DNA from: Selaginella moellendorffii
Lineage: Eukaryota > Plantae > Lycopodiophyta
DNA: 11,295 nt
Reading direction: 5' to 3'
NCBI RefSeq assembly: GCF_000143415.4
Contig: NW_003314316.1
Span: 666,230-677,524, forward strand
This document shows positions 1-6,215 of the stretch, in pieces (within the stretch, counting starts at the first letter, position 1; each line of letters begins with the position of its first letter). Position numbers and translations under genes: made by a program. A model generated the notes under the pieces. That model was not told the DNA's origin, did no database searches, and was given only the letters and a program-made list of their open reading frames with translations.

Positions 1-50
1 TCCTTGTAAGCTATTAGATGATGCATAAGTACATAAAGTTTTACCTTGCA

Positions 51-216
51 AAAATCCTCCACTAGATCTCGTGCGTACGCTACGTTCTTCTCCGGTTCCC
101 ATGTTGCTTTGCAGCATGGAAATCCTTTCCACTTCAGAGTAGAACTCCCTCACCTCGCATTTTTGTCGCTTGCTCTTGTGCGCATTAAAGATGGCCTCAA
201 CTTCATATTCCTCTTC
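51..216 (-). pseudogene. Canonical (group I-type) chromodomain at the integrase C-terminus
   Basis: Manual translation: EEEYEVEAIFNAHKSKRQKCEVREFY / 1-nt frameshift / LKWKGFPCCKATWEPEKNVAYARDLVEDF. Contains the Y-EVE, KWKG and TWEP chromodomain hallmarks. Confidence 0.9.
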
Positions 217-269
217 CCCTTGGATAACCCCAGGTAGAAGTCTTATTTAGTCCTTGCGAAGCAGATCCT

Positions 270-1480
270 CAAAGTATGGCTTAAGTAAGTTCACGTGGAA
301 CACAAGGTGCATCTTCCCCATCTCCCGAGGAAGTCGGAGGCAGTAAGCCACCTTACTAATTCAAGCCTCAATCTTATAAGGCCCCGTAAACCTGCTTAAG
401 GAACTTAAGATCAGTTCATTTCCAGAAATACATGCATTTTACTTTTGGGTTAACTTTTGGCTGATCCCACTTGATAACTTTAGGTTCTTAGTGTTCAGCC
501 ACACCTTATCCCTAGGTTGGAACTCCACATCCCGGTGCTTCTGGTTTGCATATTTAGTTTGTCTTTATTGAGCTTGTTCTAAGGAATCCCTCACTAAATT
601 CCAAATGTTGAGTTTTTCTATCGTGAATGCTTCCACTGTAGGTAACTCTCCATGATACTCGGCCATGCTGAGTTCCATAGGACTTTCAATAGCTTGTCTA
701 TTAATGACTTCCCATGGATTCACCTTGATACTCGAATGTGATGAGTTGTTATAGCACATTTTCACAAGTTCCAAATGAGTTACCCAATCAATCTAGTCTC
801 TGGAGACATAGCATCGCAAATAATCCTCCAGTTGCCTATTCACCCTTTTTGTTTGTCCGTCTGTCAATAAGTGTGAGTGCCATCAAACTTGATTTAATAC
901 CCAATACCTGTCTATGGGTGATATGTTGTGTTGAATTTCAACTTGATGTGATATTATTCTAGGAAAGTTCTCCAAAGCTTACTGGTGAAGATCTTATCTC
1001 AATCTAAGATGATCTCTTCTAGCCTTCCCCACACTTGAACCACTTGTTTAAAGAATAGCTTTGCCACACCTTCCGCATCCACTTCTGTTGTGGTGGGTAT
1101 GAAATGTGCCATTTTCAAAAACTGGTTCACCACCATAAATATCACATCAAACCCCTCACTTGGGGGGAGTCCTATGATGAAATCCATCGTAAGACATTTC
1201 CACAAACAATCTGGAATTGGGAGGCTTTGTAACAAGCCCCTAGTAGCTTTAGTCACGATTTTGACCTACTGATATATTGGATATGTCTTTCATAGTCTTG
1301 GATGTCCTTAGCCATGTCTGGCCAATGATACTTCCTCTTGAGTAAGCCCATTGTCTTGGGCACTTTGCCATGTCTTGCAAGAAGTTTATCATAACACTCT
1401 TTTAAGACTACTTTCCTTAGTTCCTCTTCTGGAACATACACCCTTGTTTGTTTATAATAGATGAGTCCATTGTGTTCTGC
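270..1480 (-). pseudogene. Integrase: degenerate zinc finger, DDE core and GPY/F motif
   Basis: ORFs 1253-1555, 999-1256 and 565-774, plus manual translation of 270-400 (RFTGPYKIEA*ISKVAYCLRLPREMGKMHLVFHVNLLKPY). The HHCC cysteines are lost at the frameshift near 1256. Confidence 0.92.
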
Positions 1481-1649
1481 ATAACCTATTTTCTCTTCCG
1501 TTGGCAGCTCACCTCTTTGGTGAGCATCCCGCGCCTCTTGGTTTTTTAGCAACACTTCTTGTGCTAGACCATCTTTCTTATATGATGTCTACACATCATC
1601 CCAAAAGGTTGTTGTCGCGCTAGATATTGCCAACTTCAAGCTTGCCTTT

Positions 1650-2026
1650 CGACTTAAGGCATCTACTATGATGTTACTCTTTCTAGATTTATACAAAATC
1701 TTGCAATCAAACTTGGCTAAAGCATTGGCTCACCTCCCTTGCTTTCCTCTTAGGTTGAGCTATGACAAGAAGTGTTTTGTTGCCACATTATCTGTGTAAA
1801 TTTTAAAGTGCTTCCCAAGGTAGTGTCGCCACTCCTTAACCACCACAAATAATTCCTTCTCGTGGGCAGGCCACTTTCGCTGAGCCTTGTCCACCTTCTT
1901 CGAGAAGAATGCCACTGGATGGTTATCTTGCTTCAAAATTGTGCCCAATGCAAAGTCTGAAGTGTCCGTTTTTACTTTGAAGTCCTTTCCAAAGTCTGGT
2001 AATGCCAATATAGGAATCTTCTTCAA
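1650..2026 (-). pseudogene. RNase H domain of Ty3/gypsy pol
   Basis: ORF 1760-2026 (ILALPDFGKDFKVKTDTSDFALGTILKQDNHPVAFFSKK...HEKEL...WRHYLG...TDN) continues past stops to ...FDCKILYKSRKSNIIVDALSRK. Confidence 0.92.
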
Positions 2027-2030
2027 CTTC

Positions 2031-2779
2031 CCTTTGACTAACCAAATGGGAAAAGGGAGTTAGTCTCTGGGATAAGCTCAAAACTTACTAAATATGGAAT
2101 GTCCTTAGATTGCAAATTTGGATATGGGACGAGCACCATTGTGTTTAGGATAATCTCTACATTCCATAGATATGCCAAATGAGCAAATCTAGACACTTTC
2201 CATAAATAGCATTTGGGACCGAAATGAGACTAACACAAAGGGCATGATAGTGAGGGTGTTTGGCAGGCACAATAAGCTATCATCCAGCAATATTGAGGGA
2301 CTAGTCTCAATATGCAAGGGTTCTTGTTAAGCCAGTGCAAGACAAAGCAAAAGATAACTAGCAAGTCGGGCCAAGTATGCTTGGCTAAATAGACACTTAG
2401 GAATTCCATCCTTATGCTCATCCTCATCCAGCCAAGTACAGATGCAAAGTCCAATTTACTAACACTTGAACAAAAGGGGCTGATAAAGGATCCAGGCAAC
2501 CTTCCACCCCTTAGGACCACTTGTTCATGTGATGAAAATACCAACTCATCCTCTAAGTACACCCCCAACTCCTTGGGTTGTTCCAGCATTTATTAGAGGT
2601 AGCCCTGGCTACCATTTCAAGGACTTGTGTCTTCTTCCGTATTTGACCTCCCACGGTCATCAATTCCAGTCTCAAATTTATGAGCACCAGCCCCAACTAT
2701 ATGAGGGTAATCTTGTGACTCCTTTATTGTTTTAGAGTCTGCATCTTGCCTGTAATCCCAAAGATAGTTGTTTACTACA
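2031..2779 (-). repeat. Truncated 5' LTR of element D
   Basis: Starts TG on the minus strand. 2056-2495 is the reverse complement of C-LTR 5142-5576 (roughly 85% by eye, with a 6-nt CTCATC duplication in D). Joined to pol near 2030. Confidence 0.72.
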
Positions 2780-3237
2780 CTTGGAGGAGTCTCATTCACA
2801 ACCTCCATAAGTCCCAGTTAGGACTTGGGGCTTGCTAACCACGAGAATGGCATCTATTCCACTCAACTTTAGCACTTGGTCCAAGTGCTCCACGTGTCCG
2901 ATCCCATGATCGACACCCCAAGGTGCCACTGACGTATCGGCCTATTACGCTAAGGCCATGCCCATTTACCTTGGTCACATTGGTGGTCCAACACCACATA
3001 CATTCCAATCCCGTCTCTCAAAGACTGAGTCATCCATCCATGAGTGATTATCCCAGATCCACTCCTTAACATCCTTAGGATGCCTACAAACATGGGGAAT
3101 AGCCTTCCTCAATATCTCCGTTCTGGTCCTCACCAAGTCCCTTTCTGTCCTTGGCTGTGTTCGCCAACAACACCACTGGATCAAGGCCCACTGGCCCGAC
3201 CACTAAATCCCACTATCCTTTAGGACTTCCTCACCGT
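2780..3237 (-). repeat. Host LTR fragment (same family as solo LTR B, opposite orientation), left part
   Basis: Reverse-complement match to 4502-4959, e.g. CTTGGAGGAGTCTCATTCACAACCTCCA vs TGGAGGTTGTGAATGAGACTCCTCCAAG, and CCACGTGTCCGATCCCATGATCGACACCCCAAGGT. Confidence 0.88.
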
Positions 3238-3467
3238 TGTGAGACACAAAATCCCTAGGCCCCAAAGTGGAGCCGGAAGGGTGCCACGTGGTAGTGGCCG
3301 AAGCGAAAGCCAAACGAGCATAACACGTTTGGAGTAAAAGCTCGGACTTTGAAGGTCGAGAGCAAGAGTGGAACTCCCAACAAAGTGCTCGAGGAGCGAG
3401 CACGAGGCAACCAAAAAGCAAGGCTCCAAAAAGGGACCCAAAAAGGACCAACACATGACACGTGGAA

Positions 3468-4019
3468 GAGTCCGAGATGGAGTCCGAGATGGACCCGAGT
3501 TGGGGTCCGAGGTGGAGTCCGAGATGAAGTCCGAGATGGACCGAGACGGAGTCCGAGATGGAGTCCGAGATGGACTGAGACGGAGTCCGAGATGGAGTCC
3601 GAGGTGGACCGAGACGGAGTCCGAGATGGAGTCCGAGGTGGACCGAGACGGAGTCCGAGATGGAGTCCGAGATGGAGTCCGAGATGGAGTCCAAGATGGA
3701 GTCCGAGATGGACCCGAGATGGAGTCCGAGATGGAGTCTGAGATGGACCCGAGGTGGAGTCCAAGATGGACCCGAGATGGAGTCCGAGATGGACCCAAGA
3801 TGGAGTCCGAGATGGACCCGAGATGGAGTCCGAGATGGACTTGAGATGGAGTTCGAAGTCGAGACCGAGACCGAGACCGGGACCGAGACCGAGACCGTGA
3901 TCGGGACCGAGACCGAGACCAAGGCCGAGGCTGAGACCGAGCCCGAGCCTGAGTCCGAGTCCGAGTCCGAGTCCGAGTCCGAGTCCGAGTCCGAGTTCGA
4001 GTCCGAGTCCGAGTCTGAG
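3468..4019. repeat. Compound tandem repeat: 12-mer GAGTCCGAGATG/GACCCGAGATGG array, then (GAGACC)n and (GAGTCC)n hexamers
   Basis: Directly visible periodicity: 12-mer domain ~3468-3850, GAGACC domain ~3861-3940, GAGTCC domain ~3951-4019. Confidence 0.97.
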
Positions 4020-4020
4020 A

Positions 4021-4089
4021 GGGTGAAAGCCCAAAGCGTTCGTCTCCCAGACCCTGGGGGGTTTGGTGAGCTCCAAAAGTATAGTAGGG
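4021..4089 (+). promoter_or_regulatory. Putative LTR core promoter of B (GGGTGAAAGCCCAAAGCGT ... GTATAGTAGGG)
   Basis: Both boxes recur identically in the otherwise dissimilar C LTR (5596-5614, 5664-5674). TATAGTAGG resembles the TATAAATAGG box of plant LTRs. Function is inferred. Confidence 0.5.
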
Positions 4090-5014
4090 GGAGGACTGCA
4101 GTGGAGCCAGTTTGGCCAGGAAAGGCCAGTTTGGCCCAGGAAGGCCGGACCCAGTGTTGGGTGATGAGCTGCCCACTGGGAAGTCCAAGACTAGAGTGAA
4201 CACGGACCGACAAGTGGGGTAGCTTCGTGAAGTGTTCAAGAGCCGGCTTTAGTTCCCCCGGGAGATCGACTGGCCGATGCTCCCAGTCCAAGTGTGGGTG
4301 GCACTACCTACTTGGATACCTGTCGTGGCTCAACGGAACCTCGCTCTAAGCCCATGGCTAGAGCACCTAAAGGCGAAAGGCGGGGAGAGTACCCATGAGG
4401 CTTGCGTAAGGCCATGGTGTTCCGAAATGTTGTCCCAAAGTCCCAGACTATGGAAAGGAAGAGGAGTAGCCCTCTGGTGTGGTGACAAAGGACACGGTCA
4501 CCCAGTGAGGAAGTCCCAGAGGACAGTTGGACTTAGAGGTCGGGCCTGTGGGCCTTGATCCAGTGGCAGTGTTGGCGAACACGGCCATCGACAGAGAGGG
4601 ACTTGGTGGGGACCGGAAAAGAGATATTGGGGAAGGTTATTCCCTAAGTCTGCGAGCATCCTAAGGATGCTAAGGAAAGGATCTGGGATGATCCCTCATG
4701 GATGGATGGCCTAGTCTATGAGAGACAGGATGGCAATGTAGGTGGTGTTGGACCACCAGCGTGACCAAGGTGAATAGGTATGGCCTCAGCGTAACAGGCC
4801 GATATGTCGGTGATACCTTGGGGTGTCGATCATGGGATCGGACACGTGGAGCACTTAGACCAAGTGCAAAGGTTGAGTGGTATGGATGCCATTCTCGGGG
4901 CTAGCAAGCCCCAAGTCCTAACTGGGACTTGTGGAGGTTGTGAATGAGACTCCTCCAAGTGGTCGGAGGTGTGGTTAAGTGACTAAAGTAAAATGGAAAA
5001 ATTAGTCCCTTACA

Positions 5015-5045
5015 ACCGTGTGACTGTGTCCTTGGTCACCACACC
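5015..5045 (-). repeat. Host LTR fragment, continuation between insertions B and C
   Basis: After the second ACCGT copy, 5020-5045 (GTGACTGTGTCCTTGGTCACCACACC) matches the reverse complement of 4476-4501 at 24/26 nt, resuming the alignment interrupted at 3237. Confidence 0.88.
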
Positions 5046-5595
5046 TGTCGCGAATGTGACTTCGGGTATCGAAAGTTACCTGTCGACTAGTCCTTACGGA
5101 CACTCTTACCTTACTGCCACGATGGCAGGAGGTCGGTATTGCTGGTTCCCTTTATTAGCCCCTCTTGTTCAAGTGTTAGTAAACTGGACTTTGCATCTGT
5201 ACTTGGCCGGATGAGCATAAGGAAGGAATTCCTAAGTGTCTATTTAGTTGAGCATACTTGGCCCGGCTTGTTAGTTCTCTTTTGCTCTGTCTTGCACTGG
5301 CTTGACAAGAACCCTCACGTATTGAGATTGGTCCCTCAATATCGCCGGATGATAGCTTACCGTGTCTGCCAAACACCCTCGCTATCATGCCCTTTGTGTT
5401 AGTCTCATTTCGGTCCTTAATGCTATTTATGGAAAGTGTCCAGATTTGCTCATTTGGCATATCTACGGAATGTAGAGATCGTCCTGAACACAATGGTGTT
5501 CGTCCCATGTCCAAATTCACAATCTAGGGACATTCCATATTTAGTAAGTTTCGAGCTTGTCCCAGAGACTAACTCCTGGTACTAAGGGTGGCTTG

Positions 5596-5674
5596 GGGTG
5601 AAAGCCCAAAGCGTGTGTTCCTCAAGGGGGGGGGGGGGGGCGGGGCTGTGGGGGGTTCCAAATGTATAGTAGGG
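5596..5674 (+). promoter_or_regulatory. Putative LTR core promoter of C with an intervening G-tract
   Basis: GGGTGAAAGCCCAAAGCGT (5596-5614), G15 (5626-5640), G4 and G6 runs, then GTATAGTAGGG (5664-5674). The boxes are shared with B. Confidence 0.5.
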
Positions 5675-6066
5675 ATAGTGGGTAGGTCGGGCATGGCCGA
5701 CCAACCTGAGGCATAGTCTAGCTCCCGCTTGCGTGCCTGTCCTTGTTCTGCGTCCGGCTTGGGTCTAAGCCCAAGTTTCATTCCATGCTAGTTGGTGGAG
5801 TACCCATGTCCTCGCGTTAGGCCACCGGTATGCCGAAATAGCGCCAGACTCCGTTTGGCTCCGTTTTGCGTGCTGGTCCTGGCATTGGGATGCTGGTTGC
5901 TCCAGGACTGTTCCAAGTCGCTCCGGGCTCCTGTCCCTTCGCTCCTTGGGCTTCATGCTCGGGAGTTGCTCCGTGGTTCGGTTCCGTCACTCCTTGGCTC
6001 CATGCTTGGGAGTTTGGCACCGTTCCTTCGTTCAGTGGCCCAAGGCCCTGAACTTCGGGTTCCTAT

Positions 6067-6118
6067 GGACACGTGGCATGGACACGTGGCATGTGACACG
6101 TGGCATCTGTCACGTGGC
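6067..6118. promoter_or_regulatory. Four tandem G-box/ABRE motifs (CACGTGGC)
   Basis: GGACACGTGGC 6067-6077 and 6080-6090, TGACACGTGGC 6094-6104, GTCACGTGGC 6109-6118. A further CACGTG lies at 6190-6195. Confidence 0.7.
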
Positions 6119-6204
6119 ACAAAGAGGGTTTAAGTTCCGCTTCGTGGTGTTATCCTATGGTAAATCACCATAGGATAAAGGGTCAAAACCACGTGCGCTA
6201 CATT

Positions 6205-6215
6205 TGGTATCAGAG
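6205..6215 (+). other. Primer-binding site, tRNA-iMet
   Basis: TGGTATCAGAG, 2 nt after the LTR-terminal CA. This is the standard plant initiator-Met PBS. Confidence 0.95.

Larger units (their letters stand above)
45..2030 (-). pseudogene. pol: pol 3' half (RT-RH connection, RNase H, integrase, chromodomain), disrupted by stops and frameshifts
   Basis: Motifs across several frames: PILALPDF, TDTSDFALG, HEKEL, WRHYLG, YTDNVAT, DALSRK, VYVP..LRK..LKECYD, YHWPDM, GLLQSLPIP, MDFIIGLP, KMAHFIP, HP*T/DGQTKRVNR, RFTGPYKI, VAYCLRLP, VFHVNLLKPY, EYEVEAI. Confidence 0.95.
1..2779 (-). mobile_element. Element D: degenerate, internally deleted Ty3/gypsy chromovirus (Galadriel/Tcn1-like)
   Basis: Minus strand begins TGTAGT at 2779, exactly where homology of the host LTR to element B stops. 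LTR-like sequence follows (homologous to the element C LTR, same polarity as pol), then RNase H, integrase and chromodomain in gypsy order. No PBS, gag, protease or RT core was seen. Clade is inferred from the canonical chromodomain and the TDNVAT RNase H motif. Confidence 0.8.
3238..5014 (+). mobile_element. Element B: solo LTR, 1777 bp, with 5-bp TSD ACCGT
   Basis: Termini TGTGAG...CTTACA, flanked by ACCGT at 3233-3237 and 5015-5019. No adjacent PBS or PPT. Orientation is inferred from a promoter-like core shared with the C LTR. Confidence 0.9.
5046..6202 (+). repeat. 5' LTR of element C (1157 bp)
   Basis: Termini TGTCGCG...CGCTACA. The first 121 nt are repeated at 11175-11295, and the PBS follows after 2 nt. 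Confidence 0.93.

Noticed and set aside
2230-2589. Similar ORFs at 2230-2589 (-) and 5139-5402 (+) suggesting a conserved small protein
   Set aside because: The similarity follows from the nucleotide homology of the two LTR blocks. The starts differ and there is no known domain. A dN/dS test across copies would be needed.
3468-4019. CRISPR-like array
   Set aside because: Contiguous tandem units with no unique spacers and no cas genes; eukaryotic retrotransposon context.
3203-4291. Long overlapping ORFs (362, 339, 273, 179 aa; RS/SD/LG/ESE repeats) resembling SR proteins
   Set aside because: They arise from the stop-poor hexamer/12-mer tandem repeat, which is open in all six frames inside a solo LTR.
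5056-5137. Hammerhead ribozyme (retrozyme) in the C LTR: hairpins including GTCC-TTAC-GGAC and CTGCCA-CGA-TGGCAG
   Set aside because: The CUGANGA and GAAA core boxes do not flank the stem correctly (CTGTCGACTA before, ACTC after). The CTGAAGA on the minus strand near 9955 also lacks a GAAA partner. An Infernal search would be decisive.
5940-6014. Imperfect ~27-nt direct repeat in the C LTR (CTCCTTGG..CATGCT.GGGAGTT), and a ~20-nt duplication at 4105-4145 in B
   Set aside because: Ordinary local LTR duplications with no further signal.
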